The notes: generated by a model from the letters alone, not told the origin. A DNA stretch of 64,000 nucleotides from Eledone cirrhosa (GCA_964016885.1 OZ024745.1:90396001-90460000); one strand, 5' to 3'. Positions 26,401 through 42,462 are shown, counted from the first letter of the stretch. Translations and numbers: made by a program.

Positions 26401-29400
26401 TCAATACCACTAACAACACAGTCAACACAACTAATATCACAGTCAACACCTCTAACAACACAATCAATACCACTAACAACACAGTCAACACCACTAACAA
26501 CACAATCAATACCACTAACAACACAGTCGACACCACTAACAACACAATCAATACCACTAACAACAGAGTCAACACCACTAACAACACAGTCACCACCACT
26601 AACAACACAGTCAACACCACTAACAACACAGTCAACACCACTAACAACACTACCAACACCACTAACAACACAGTCAACACCACTAACAACACAGTCAACA
26701 CCACTAACAACAGAGTCAACACCACTAACAACACAGTCAACACCACTAACAGCACAGTCAACACCACTAATATCACAGTCACCACCACTAACAACACAGT
26801 CACCACCACTAACAACACAGTCACCACCACTAACAACAGAGTCAACACCACTAACAACACTACCAACACCACTAACAACCCAGTCAACACCACTAACAAC
26901 ACAGTCAACACCACTAACAACAGAGTCAACACCACTAACAACACAGTCAACACCACTAACAGCACAGTCACCACCACTAACAGCACAGTCAACACCACTA
27001 ATATCACAGTCACCACCACTAACAACACAGTCACCACCACTAACAACACAGTCACCACCACTAACAACACAGTCAACACCACTAACAGTACAGTCACCAC
27101 CACTAACAGCACAGTCAACACCACTAATATCACAGTCACCACCACTAACAACACAGTCACCACCACTAACAACACAGTCACCACCACTAACAACACAGTC
27201 AACATCACTAAGAACACAGTCAACACCACTAACAACACAGTCAACACCACTAACAACACAGTCACCACCACTAACAACTCAGTCAACACCACTAACAACA
27301 CAGTCACCACCACTAACAACACAGTCAACACCACTAACAACACAGTCACCACCACTAACAACACAGTCACCACCACTAACAACACAGTCAACACCACTAA
27401 CAACACAGTCAACACCACTAACAACACAGTCACCACCACTAACAACTCAGTCAACACCACTAACAACACAGTCAACACCACTAACAACACAGTCACCACC
27501 ACTAACAACACAGTCAAAAACACTAACAACACAGTCAACACAGCTAACAACACAGTCAACACCACTAACAGCACAGTCAACACTACTAACAACACAGTCA
27601 ACACTACTAACAACACAATCAACATCACTAACAACAGAGACAACACCTCTAGCAACACAGTCAACAACTCTAACAACACAGTCAACACCTCTAACAGCAC
27701 AGTCAACTTCACTAACAACACAGTCAACACCACTAACAGCACAGTCAAAACCACTAACAACACAGTCCCCACCACTAACAACACAGTCACCACCAATATC
27801 AAAACAGTCAACACCACTAACAACACAGTCCCCACCACTAACAACACAGTCAACACAGCTAACAACACAGTCAACACCACTAACAACACAGTCAATACCA
27901 CTAAACAGCACAGTCAACACCACTAACAACACAGTCAACACTAGTAACAACACAATCAACATCACTAACAACAGAGACAACACCTCTAGCAACACAGTCA
28001 ACAACTCTAACGACACAGTCAACACCTCTAACAGCACAGTCAACAACACTAACAACACAGTCAACACAGCTAACAACACAGTCAACACCACTAACAGCAC
28101 AGTCAACACTACTAACAACACAGTCAACACTACTAACAACACAATCAACATCACTAACAACAGAGACAACACCTCTAGCAACACAGTCAACAACTCTAAC
28201 AACACAGTCAACACCTCTAACAGCACAGTCAACTTCACTAACAACACAGTCAACACCACTAACAGCACAGTCAAAACCACTAACAACACAGTCCCCACCA
28301 CTAACAACACAGTCACCACCAATATCAAAACAGTCAACACCACTAACAACACAGTCCCCACCACTAACAACACAGTCAACACAGCTAACAACACAGTCAA
28401 CACCACTAACAACACAGTCAATACCACTAAACAGCACAGTCAACACCACTAACAACACAGTCAACACTAGTAACAACACAATCAACATCACTAACAACAG
28501 AGACAACACCTCTAGCAACACAGTCAACAACTCTAACAACACAGTCAACACCTCTAACAGCACAGTCAACACCACTAACAACACGGTCAACACTACTAAC
28601 AACACAATCAACACATCTAGCAACACAGTCAACACCTCTAACAACACAGTCAACACAGCTAACAACACAGTTACCACCACTAACAACACAGTCAACACCA
28701 CTAACAACACAGTCAACACCACTAACAACACAGTCAACACCATTAACAACACAGTCAATACCTCTAACAAGACAGTCAACTTCACTAATAAAACGATCAA
28801 CACCACTAACAACACAGTCAACACCACTAACAACACAAACAACACCTCTAACAACACAGTCACCACCATTAACAACACAGTCAACAACACTAACAACACA
28901 GTCAACACAGCTAACAACACAGTCAACACCACTAACAACACAATCAACATCACTAACAACAGAGATAACACATCTAGCAACACAGTCACCACCACTAACA
29001 ACACAATCAATACCACTAACAACACAGTCAACACCAACTAACAACACAATCAATGCCACTAACAACACAGTCAACACAACTATCAACACAGTCACCACCA
29101 CTAACAACACAGTCACCACCACTAACAACACAGTCAACACCACTAACAACACAGTCACCACCACTAACAACAGAGTCAACACCACTAAGAACACAGTCAA
29201 CACCACTAACAGCACGGTCACCACCACTAACAACACAGTCAACACCACTAACAACACAGTCAACACCACTAACAACACAATCAATGCCACTAACAACACA
29301 GTCAACACAACTATCAACACAGTCACCACCACTAACAACACAGTCACCACCACTAACAACACAGTCAACACCACTAACAACACAGTCACCACCACTAACA

Positions 29401-32400
29401 ACAGAGTCAACACCACTAAGAACACAGTCAACACCACTAACAGCACGGTCAACACCACTAACAACACAGTCAACACCACTAACAACACAGTCACCACCAC
29501 TAACAACACAGTCAACACCACTAACAACACAGTCACAACTCTAACAACACAATCAATACCACTAACAACAAAGTCAACACCACTAACAACACAGTCACCA
29601 CCACTAACAACACAATCAATACCACTAACAACACCATCAATACCACTAACAACACAGTCAACACCACTAACAACACAATCAATACCACTAACAACACAGT
29701 GAACACCACTAACAACACAGTCAACACCACTAACAACACAGTCACCACCACTAACAACACAGTCACCACCACTAACAACACAGTCAACACCACTAACAAC
29801 ACAGTCAACACCTCGAACAACACAATCAATACCACTAACAACACAGTCAACACAACTAATATCACAGTCAACACCTCTAACAACACAATCAATACCACTA
29901 ACAACACAGTCAACACCACTAACAACACAATCAATACCACTAACAACACAGTCGACACCACTAACAACACAATCAATACCACTAACAACAGAGTCAACAC
30001 CACTAACGACACAGTCACCACCACTAACAACACAGTCAACACCACTAACAACACAGTCAACACCACTAACAACACTACCAACACCACTAACAACACAGTC
30101 AACACCACTAACAACACAGTCAACACCACTAACAACAGAGTCAACACCACTAACAACACAGTCAACACCACTAACAGCACAGTCAACACCACTAATATCA
30201 CAGTCACCACCACTAACAACACAGTCACCACCACTAACAACACAGTCACCACCACTAACAACAGAGTCAACACCACTAACAACACTACCAACACCACTAA
30301 CAACCCAGTCAACACCACTAACAACACAGTCAACACCACTAACAACAGAGTCAACACCACTAACAACACAGTCAACACCACTAACAGCCCAGTCACCACC
30401 ACTAACAGCACAGTCAACACCACTAATATCACAGTCACCACCACTAACAACACAGTCACCACCACTAACAACACAGTCACCACCACTAACAACACAGTCA
30501 ACACCACTAACAGTACAGTCACCACCACTAACAGCACAGTCAACACCACTAATATCACAGTCACCACCACTAACAACACAGTCACCACCACTAACGACAC
30601 AGTCACCACCACTAACAACACAGTCAACATCACTAAGAACACAGTCAACACCACTAACAACACAGTCAACACCACTAACAACACAGTCACCACCACTAAC
30701 AACTCAGTCAACACCACTAACAACACAGTCACCACCACTAACAACACAGTCAACACCACTAACAACACAGTCACCACCACTAACAACACAGTCACCACCA
30801 CTAACAACACAGTCAACACCACTAACAACACAGTCAACACCACTAACAACACAGTCACCACCACTAACAACTCAGTCAACACCACTAACAACACAGTCAA
30901 CACCACTAACAACACAGTCACCACCACTAACAACACAGTCAAAAACACTAACAACACAGTCAACACAGCTAACAACACAGTCAACACCACTAACAGCACA
31001 GTCAACACTACTAACAACACAGTCAACACTACTAACAACACAATCAACATCACTAACAACAGAGACAACACCTCTAGCAACACAGTCAACAACTCTAACA
31101 ACACAGTCAACACCTCTAACAGCACAGTCAACTTCACTAACAACACAGTCAACACCACTAACAGCACAGTCAAAACCACTAACAACACAGTCCCCACCAC
31201 TAACAACACAGTCACCACCAATATCAAAACAGTCAACACCACTAACAACACAGTCCCCACCACTAACAACACAGTCAACACAGCTAACAACACAGTCAAC
31301 ACCACTAACAACACAGTCAATACCACTAAACAGCACAGTCAACACCACTAACAACACAGTCAACACTAGTAACAACACAATCAACATCACTAACAACAGA
31401 GACAACACCTCTAGCAACACAGTCAACAACTCTAACGACACAGTCAACACCTCTAACAGCACAGTCAACACCACTAACAACACGGTCAACACTACTAACA
31501 ACACAATCAACACATCTAGCAACACAGTCAACACCTCTAACAACACAGTCAACACAGCTAACAACACAGTTACCCCCACTAACAACACAGTCAACACCAC
31601 TAACAACACAGTCAACACCACTAACAACACAGTCAACACCATTAACAACACAGTCAATACCTCTAACAAGACAGTCAACTTCACTAATAAAACGATCAAC
31701 ACCACTAACAACACAGTCAACACCACTAACAACACAAACAACACCTCTAACAACACAGTCACCACCACTAACAACACAGTCAACAACACTAACAACACAG
31801 TCAACACAGCTAACAACACAGTCAACACCACTAACAACACAATCAACATCACTAACAACAGAGATAACACCTCTAGCAACACAGTCACCACCACTAACAA
31901 CACAATCAATACCACTAACAACACAGTCAACACCACTAACAACACAATCAATGCCACTAACAACACAGTCAACACAACTATCAACACAGTCACCACCACT
32001 AACAACACAGTCACCACCACTAACAACACAGTCAACACCACTAACAACACAGTCACCACCACTAACAACAGAGTCAACACCACTAAGAACACAGTCAACA
32101 CCACTAACAGCACGGTCACCACCACTAACAACACAGTCAACACCACTAACAACACAGTCAACACCACTAACAACACAATCAATGCCACTAACAACACAGT
32201 CAACACAACTATCAACACAGTCACCACCACTAACAACACAGTCACCACCACTAACAACACAGTCAACACCACTAACAACACAGTCACCACCACTAACAAC
32301 AGAGTCAACACCACTAAGAACACAGTCAACACCACTAACAGCACGGTCAACACCACTAACAACACAGTCAACACCACTAACAACACAGTCACCACCACTA

Positions 32401-35400
32401 ACAACACAGTCAACACCACTAACAACACAGTCACAACTCTAACAACACAATCAATACCACTAACAGCAAAGTCAACACCACTAACAACACAGTCACCACC
32501 ACTAACAACACAATCAATACCACTAACAACACCATCAATACCACTAACAACACAGTCAACACCACTAACAACACAATCAATACCACTAACAACACAGTGA
32601 ACACCACTAACAACACAGTCAACACCACTAACAACACAGTCACCACCACTAACAACACAGTCACCACCACTAACAACACAGTCAACACCACTAACAACAC
32701 AGTCAACACCTCTAACAACACAATCAATACCACTAACAACACAGTCAACACAACTAATATCACAGTCAACACCTCTAACAACACAATCAATACCACTAAC
32801 AACACAGTCAACACCACTAACAACACAATCAATACCACTAACAACACAGTCGACACCACTAACAACACAATCAATACCACTAACAACACAGTCAACACCA
32901 CTAACAACACAATCAATACCACTAACAACACAGTCAACACCACTAACAACACAATCAATACCACTAACAACAGAGTCAACACCACTAACAACACAGTCAC
33001 CACCACTAACAACACAGTCAACACCACTAACAACACAGTCAACACCACTAACAACACTACCAACACCACTAACAACACAGTCAACACCACTAACAACACA
33101 GTCAACACCACTAACAACAGAGTCAACACCACTAACAACACAGTCAACACCACTAACAGCACAGTCACCACCACTAACAGCACAGTCAACACCACTAATA
33201 TCACAGTCACCACCACTAACAACACAGTCACCACCACTAACAACACAGTCACCACCACTAACAACAGAGTCAACACCACTAACAACACTACCAACACCAC
33301 TAACAACCCAGTCAACACCACTAACAACACAGTCAACACCACTAACAACAGAGTCAACACCACTAACAACACAGTCAACACCACTAACAGCACAGTCACC
33401 ACCACTAACAGCACAGTCAACACCACTAATATCACAGTCACCACCACTAACAACACAGTCACCACCACTAACAACACAGTCACCACCACTAACAACACAG
33501 TCAACACCACTAACAGTACAGTCACCACCACTAACAGCACAGTCAACACCACTAATATCACAGTCACCACCACTAACAACACAGTCACCACCACTAACAA
33601 CACAGTCAACATCACTAAGAACACAGTCAACACCACTAACAACACAGTCAACACCACTAACAACACAGTCACCACCACTAACAACTCAGTCAACACCACT
33701 AACAACACAGTCACCACCACTAACAACACAGTCACCACCACTAACAACACAGTCAACACCACTAACAACACAGTCAACACCACTAACAACACAGTCACCA
33801 CCACTAACAACTCAGTCAACACCACTAACAACACAGTCAACACCACTAACAACACAGTCACCACCACTAACAACACAGTCAACAACACTAACAACACAGT
33901 CAACACAGCTAACAACACAGTCAACACCACTAACAGCACAGTCAACACTACTAACAACACAGTCAACACTACTAACAACACAATCAACATCACTAACAAC
34001 AGAGACAACACCTCTAGCAACACAGTCAACAACTCTAACAACACAGTCAACACCTCTAACAGCACAGTCAACTTCACTAACAACACAGTCAACACCACTA
34101 ACAGCACAGTCAAAACCACTAACAACACAGTCCCCACCACTAACAACACAGTCACCACCAATATCAAAACAGTCAACACCACTAACAACACAGTCCCCAC
34201 CACTAACAACACAGTCAACACAGCTAACAACACAGTCAACACCACTAACAACACAGTCAATACCACTAAACAGCACAGTCAACACCACTAACAACACAGT
34301 CAACACTAGTAACAACACAATCAACATCACTAACAACAGAGACAACACCTCTAGCAACACAGTCAACAACTCTAACAGCACAGTCAACACCACTAACAAC
34401 ACGGTCAACACTACTAACAACACAATCAACACATCTAGCAACACAGTCAACACCTCTAACAACACAGTCAACACAGCTAACAACACAGTTACCACCACTA
34501 ACAACACAGTCAACACCACTAACAACACAGTCAACACCACTAACAACACAGTCAACACCATTAACAACACAGTCAATACCTCTAACAAGACAGTCAACTT
34601 CACTAATAAAACGATCAACACCACTAACAACACAGTCAACACCACTAACAACACAAACAAGACCTCTAACAACACAATCCACACCACTAACGATACAGTA
34701 AACACCATTAAAAACAAAATCAACACCACTAACAACACAGTCAATACCTCTAACAACACAGTCAACACCACTAACAACACAATCAATACCACTAACAACA
34801 CAGTCAACACCACTAACAACACAGTCAACACCACTAACAACACAGTCAACACCACTAACAACACAATCAATACCACTAACAACACAGTCAACACCACTAA
34901 CAACACAGTCAACATTACTATTAACACAGTCAACACCACTCACAACACAATCAACATCACTAACAACACAATCAACCTGACTAACAACATCATCAACACC
35001 ACTAACATCACAATCAATACCACTAACAACAGAGTCAACACCACTAACAACACAGTCAACATCAATAACAACACAGTCAACACCACTAACAACAGAGTCA
35101 ACACCACTAACAACACAGTCAACTTCACTAACAACATAGTCAACAGCACTAACAACACAATCAAAATCACTAACAACTCAGTAAGATCACTAGCAACACA
35201 CCCAACATCACTAACAACACAGTCACCACCACTAACAAAACAGTCAACACCACTAACAGCACAGTCACCACCACTAACAGCACAGTCAACACAGCTAACA
35301 ATACAATCAACACCTCTAACAGCACAGTCAGCATCACTAACAACAGAGTCAACACCACTAACAACACAATCAACATCACTAACAAAAGAGACAACACCTC

Positions 35401-38400
35401 TAGCAACACAGTCAACACCTCTAACAACACTGTCAACTTCACTAACAACACAGTCAACACCACTAACCACCCAGTCAACACCACTAACAACACAGTCAAC
35501 ACCACTAACAACACAACCAACACCACTAACAACACAGTCAACACCACTAACAACACAGTCAAGACCACTAACAGCACAGTCACCACCACTAACAACACAG
35601 TCAACACCATTTACAACACAGTCAACACCATTTACAACAAAGTCAACACCACTAACAACACAGAAACACCACTAACAACACAGTCACCACCACAAACAAC
35701 ACAGTCAACACCATTTACAACACAGTCAACATCATTTACAACACAGTCAACACCACTAACAACACAGAAACACCACAATCAACATCACTAACAATACAGT
35801 CAACACCACTAACAACACAGTCAACATTACTAGCAATACAGTCAACATCACTAACAACTTAATCAACACTACTAACAACACAACCAACACCACTAACAAC
35901 ACAGTCAGCACCACTAACAACACAGTCAACTTCACAAACAACACAGTCAGCACCACTAACATCACAGTCAACACTACTAACAACACAGAAACCCCACAAT
36001 CAACATTGGTAACATCACAGTCAACGACACGGACAACACAATCAACATCGCTAACAACACAGTCAACATCACTAACAAAACAGTTAATACCACTAACAAC
36101 ACAATCAACTTCGTTAACAACACAGTCAACACCACTAACAACACAATCAACAACACTAACAACAGTCAACGTTACTAACAACACAGTCAACACCACTAAG
36201 AACACAGTCAGCACCACTAACAGAACTGTCAACTTCACTAACAACACAGTCAACACCACTAACAGCACAGTCAACACCACTAACAGCACAGTCAACACCA
36301 CTAACAACACAATCAACTTCACTAACAACACAATCAACACAACTATCAACCAAGTCAACACCACTAACAACACAGTCAACACCACTAACAACACTGTCAA
36401 AACCATTAACCACACAGTCAACACCACTAACAACAGAGTTAATACCACAATCAACATCGCTACCAAAACAATCAACACCACTAACAATACAATCAACACA
36501 GCTAACAACACAGTCAACTTCACTAACAACACAGTCAGCACCACGAACAGAACTGTCAACTTCACTAACAACACAGTCAACACTACTAACAGCACAGTCA
36601 ACATCACTAACAACCCAATCAACACAACTATCAACCCAGTCAACACCACTAACAACCCAATCAACATCACTAACAACAGAGTCACCACCACTAACAACAC
36701 AGTCAGCTTCACTAAGAACACAGTCAACACCACTAACAACACAATCAACATCTCTAACAACACAGTCAACATCAGAAGCAATTCAGTCACCACCACTAAC
36801 AACAGAGTCAAAACCACTAACAACACAGTCAACACCACTAAGAACACAGTCAACAACACTAACAACAGTCAACGTTACTAACAACACAGTCAACACCACT
36901 AAGAACACAGTCAGCACCACTAATAGAACTGTAAACTTCACTAACAACACAGTCAACACAACTAACAGCACAGTCAACACAACTAACAGCACAATCAACT
37001 TCACTACCAACACAGTCAACACCACTAACAACACAGTCAACAACACTAACAACAGTCAACGTTACTAACAACACAGTCAACACCACTAAGAACACAGTCA
37101 GCACCACTAATAGAACTGTAAACTTAACTAACAACACAGTCAACACAACTAACAGCACAGTCAACACCACTAACAGCACAGTCAACACCACTAACAACAC
37201 AGTCAACATCACTAACAATACAGTCAACACCACTAACAATACAGTCAACACCACTAACAACACAGTCAACTTCACTAACAACACTGTCAACACTGCTACA
37301 ACACGATCAACACCATTAACAACACAATCAACATCTGTAACAACAAACTCAACATCACTAACAACACAGTCAACTTCACTAACAACACAGTCAACTTCAC
37401 TAACAACACAGTCAACATCATTAACAACACAGTCGACATAACTAACAACACATTCAACACCACTAACAACACAGTCAACACCACTAACAACAGTCACCAC
37501 CATTAACAACACAGTCAACACCACTAACAACACAGTCACCACCACTAACAACGCAGTCACCACCACTAACAACACAGTCACCACCACTAACAACAAGGTC
37601 ACCACTACTAACAACACAGTCAACATCTCTAACAACAGAGTCAACATCACTAACTATACAGTCCACATCACTAACAACACAGTCGACATAACTAACAACA
37701 CAGTCAACACCACTAACAACACAGTCAACACAACTAACAACACAGTCACGACCACTAACAACACAGTCAACACCACTAACAGCAGTCACCACCATTAACA
37801 ACAAAGTCAACACCACTAACAACACCGTCACCACCACTAACAACGCAGTCACCACCAGTAACAACACATTCACCACCACTACCAACAAGGTCACGACTAC
37901 TAACAACAGAGTCAACAGCACTAACAACACAGTCAACTTCACTAACAACCCAGTCAACACCACTAACAACACAACCAACACCACTAACAACCCAGTCAAC
38001 ACCACTAACAACACAGTCAACACCACTAACAACACAGTCAACACCACTAACAACACAGTCAACACCACTAACAACACAGTCAGCACAGCTAACAACACAG
38101 TCAACACCACTAACAACACAGTCAACACCACTAACTATACAGTCAACACCACTAACAACACAGTCAACACCACTAACAACAGAGACAACACCTCTAGCAA
38201 CACAGTCAACACCTCTAACAACACAGTCAACTGCACTAACAACACAGTCCCCACCACTAACAACACAGTCACCACCACTAACAACACAGTCAACACAGCT
38301 AACAACACAGTCAACACCACTAACAACACAGTCAACACCACTAACAGCACAGTCAGCACCACTAACAACACAGTCAACACTACTAACAACACAATCAACA

Positions 38401-40829
38401 TCACTAACAACAGAGACAACACCTCTAGCAACACAGTCAACACCTCTAACATCACGGTCAACTTCACTAACAACACAGTCAACACCACTAACAGCACAGT
38501 CAACACCACTAACAACACAGTCAACACTACTAAAAACACAATCAACATCACTAACAACAGAGACAACACCTCTAGCAACACAGTCAACACCTCTAACAAC
38601 ACGGTCAACTTCACTAACAACACAGTCAACACCACTAACAGCACTGTCAACACCACTAACAACAAAGTCAAAATCACTAACAACACAGTCAACATCATTA
38701 ACAACACAATGAACATCACTAACAACAGAGATAACACCTCTAGCAACACAGTCAATACCTCTAACAAGACAGTCAACTTCACTAACAAAACAATCAACAC
38801 CACTAACAACACAGTCAACACCACTAACAACACAATCAACACCTCTAACAACACAGTCAACACCACTAACAACACAATCCACACCACTAACAACACAGTC
38901 AACACCACTAACAACACAGTCAACACATCTAACGACACAATCCACACCACTAATAACACTGTTAACACCACTAACAACACTGTCAACACCACTAACAACA
39001 CAGTCAACACCACTAACAACACAGTCAACACCACTAACAACACAATCAATACCATCAACAACACAGTCACCACCACTAACAACACAGTTAACACCACTAA
39101 CAACACAGTCAGCACTACTAACAACACAGTCAACATCACTAGCAACACAATCAACCTGACTAACAACATAATCAATACCACTAACAACAGAGTCAACACC
39201 ACTAACAACACAGTCAACATCACTAACAACACAGTCAACACCACTAACAACAGAGTCAACACCACTAACAACACAGTCAACATCACTAACAGCACAGTCA
39301 ACACCACTAACAACACAGTAAACATCACTAACAACACAATCAACACCACTAACAACATGCTCATCTCCCCTAACAACACAATAATTACCACTAACAACAC
39401 AGTCATCTTCACTAACAACACATTCAACTTCACTAACAACACAGTCAACATCACTAACAACACAGTCAACATCACTAACAACACAATCAACATCGCTAAC
39501 AACACAGTCAACAAAAGTAACAACACAATCAACATCTCTAACAACAAAGTTAACATTACTAACATTACAGTCACCACCTCTAACAACACAGTGAACACCA
39601 CTAACATCACAGTCAACATCACTAACAACACAATCAACCTGACTAACAACATAATCAACACCACTAACATCACAATCAATCCCACTAACAACAGAGTCAA
39701 CACCACCAACAACACAGTCAACACCACTAACAACACAATCAAATTCACTAACAACACAATCAACATCACTAACAACTCAGTAACATCACTAGCAACACAC
39801 CCAACATCACTAACAACATAATCAACACCCCTCACAACAGAATCAACATCATTAACAGCACAGTCAACACATGTAACAAAGTCAATTTCACTAACAACAC
39901 AGTCAACACCACTAACAACACAGTCAACACCACTAACAACACAGTCAACACCACTAACAACACAGTCAACACCACTAACAACAGAGTAAACACCACAATA
40001 AACATCGCTAACAACACAGTCAACACCACTAACAACACAATCAACATCGCTAACAACACAATCAACATCACTAACAACACGGTCAACACAGCTAACAACG
40101 CAGTCAACTTCACTAACAAAACAGTCAATACCACTAACTATAGTCATCACCACTGACAATACAATCAACATCGCTAACAACACAGTCAACACCACATAAT
40201 ACAGTCACCACCACTAACAACACTGTTAAAACCACTAACCACACAGTCAACATCGCTAACAACACGGTCAACACAGGTAACAACACAGTCAACTTCACTA
40301 ACAACACAGTCAACACCACTAACAACACAGTCAACACCACTAACAACTCAGTCAACACCACTAACAACACAGTCAACACCACTAATAACACAGTCAACAC
40401 CACTAACAACACTATCAACATCTCTAACAACTCAGTCAACAAAAGTAACAACACAATCAACATCTCTAACAACACAGTCAACATCACTAACAATACAGTC
40501 ACCAGCACTAACAACACAGTCAACACCACTAACAACACAGTCAACACCACTAACAACACAGTCAACACCACTAACAGCACAGTCAACACCACTAACAACA
40601 CAGTCAACACCACTAACAACACAGTCAACACCACTAACAGCACAGTCAACACCACTAACAACACAATCATCATCGCTGACAACGCAGTCAACATCACTAA
40701 CAACAGAGTCAGCACCACTACCAACATAGTCAACTTCACTAATTCACTAACAACACAGTCACCACCACTAACAACACAGTCACCACCACTAACAACACAG
40801 TCACCACCACAAACAACACAGTCAACATG
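17420..40829. repeat. 23.4-kb tandem array of a 21-nt unit (ACCACTAACAACACAGTCAAC), ~1100 copies, with higher-order repeats
   Basis: The periodicity is seen directly. Open frames give (TTNNTVN)n and (PLTTQST)n on plus, and (VVLTVLL)n and (VVSGVDC)n on minus. Multiple 1-nt indels break the frames. Confidence 0.98.
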
Positions 40830-40982
40830 ACTCACCACAAATAACGTTCCTTCCACACCCTTCCCTACCACTACCAACTTTACAACTGTGGTTAAGAACA
40901 TGATAACCACTACCACCACCACTACCATTTCCATTACCATTGTCACCACCACCACAATAGCACTTCCATTACTATTGCTACT

Positions 40983-41772
40983 ACCACATTAACCCTTCCA
41001 CCACCACATTAACCCTTCCACCACCACATTAACCTTTCCACCAGCACATTATCACTTCCACCACCACATTAACACTTCCACCACCACATTAACACTTCCA
41101 CCACCACATTAACACTTCCACCACCACATTAACCCTTCATCACTACATTAACCCTTCCAACACCACATTAACACTTCCATCACCACATTAACCCTTCCAC
41201 CACCACATTAACACTCCCACTACCACATTAACACTTCCACCGCCACATTAACACTTCCACCACCACATTAACACTTCCACCGCCACATTAACACTTCCAC
41301 CACCACATTAACACTCCCACTACTGCATTAACACTTCCACCACCATATTAACACTTCCACCACCACATTAACACTTCCACCATCACATTAACCCTTCATC
41401 ACCACATTAACACTTCCACCACCACATTAATACTTCCACCACCACATTAACCCTTCATCACCACATTAACCCTTCCACCACCACATTAACCCTTCATCAC
41501 CACATTAACCCTTCCACCACCACATTAACACTTCATCACCACATTAACCCTTCCACCGCCACATTAACACTTCCACCACCACATTAACATTTCCACCGCC
41601 ACATTAACACTTCCACCACCACATTAACACTCCCACTACTGCATTAACACTTCCACCACCATATTAACACTTCCACCACCACATTAACACTTCCACCATC
41701 ACATTAACCCTTCATCGCCACATTCACCCTTCCACCACCACATTAACACTTCCACTACCACATTAACACTTC
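40983..41772. repeat. 20-nt minisatellite (CCACCACATTAAC[A/C]CTTCCA), ~40 copies
   Basis: The periodicity is seen directly, with occasional 19-nt variants. Confidence 0.95.
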
Positions 41773-41846
41773 ACACCACTATCATCATGATCCTCATCAC
41801 CATCTTATCATCACCACCCTCACTATCATTACTATCATCATCACTA

Positions 41847-41963
41847 GAAGAAGAAGAAGAAGAAGAAGAAGAAGAAGAAGAAGAAGAAGAAGAAGAAGAA
41901 GAAGAAGAAGAAGAAGAAGAAGAAGAAGAAGAAGAAGAAGAAGAAGAAGAAGAAGAAGAAGAA
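41847..41963. repeat. Perfect (GAA)39 trinucleotide tract
   Basis: Seen directly in the sequence. Confidence 0.97.
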
Positions 41964-42191
41964 GAGGCTGCAACAACATAAACAACAAATATATAGCGAG
42001 ATGCCAATTTAATCTTTAATTGTAAATGTTTACTTCCGTTGTTGAGAAAATTATAAATGTCTGGACATTCAATTTTGGTTAAATGGATTAAAACACGATA
42101 AAACCTTGTGGTCATTGTCGACAAACTTTTTAATATAATTCAGAAGACATCTATCTATTTCTTTATTAACATATTTATTCTATGTTATAAG

Positions 42192-42365
42192 ATCGCCGTC
42201 GAGACCTCAGGCGTACTTGGACCCCGTACTGCCGAGCTCCTCCGCAAGATCGAAGCGTCGGCGGTCCGTCTTAGAAGGGAGCCCTGCGAGGTTGGGTGGC
42301 TGTTGCAGTGAGTGTCACTGGCCATCGTCCGCGAGAATGCTGTTGCCGTCTTGTCAGCGGGCCGC
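42192..42365 (+). mobile_element. Second CRE-type endonuclease C-terminal fragment
   Basis: IAVETSGVLGPRTAELLRKIE...EPCEVGWLLQ*VSLAIVRENAVAVL is homologous to 8656-8830. Confidence 0.75.
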
Positions 42366-42462
42366 AGCACTTCAGCTCTCTTGTCCTAGGCCCAAAGCCC
42401 AATCACCTTCCCCCTCTCTGCGAATATAAAATAAAGTACCAGTAATGCACTGAGTAATTGCT

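Noticed and set aside
22977-34290. One continuous ORF alternating between TTNNTVN and PLTTQST frames via compensating -1/+1 indels
   Set aside because: The PLTTQST segments contain TGA (GTGAAC variants at ~23438, 29699, 32597), and extra +1 indels at ~24265, 28428 and 29036 lead into the TAA frame.
17360-40955. Long minus-strand ORFs (VVLTVLL)n and (VVSGVDC)n, up to 1307 aa
   Set aside because: They are antisense read-through of a 21-nt repeat that lacks stops in those frames. Composition is implausible and there are no unique domains.
17420-41772. CRISPR-like array
   Set aside because: There are no unique spacers or cas genes. These are contiguous tandem repeats in a eukaryotic context.
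41771-42124. Poly-E, poly-S and poly-L ORFs
   Set aside because: They are frames of the (GAA)39 tract.
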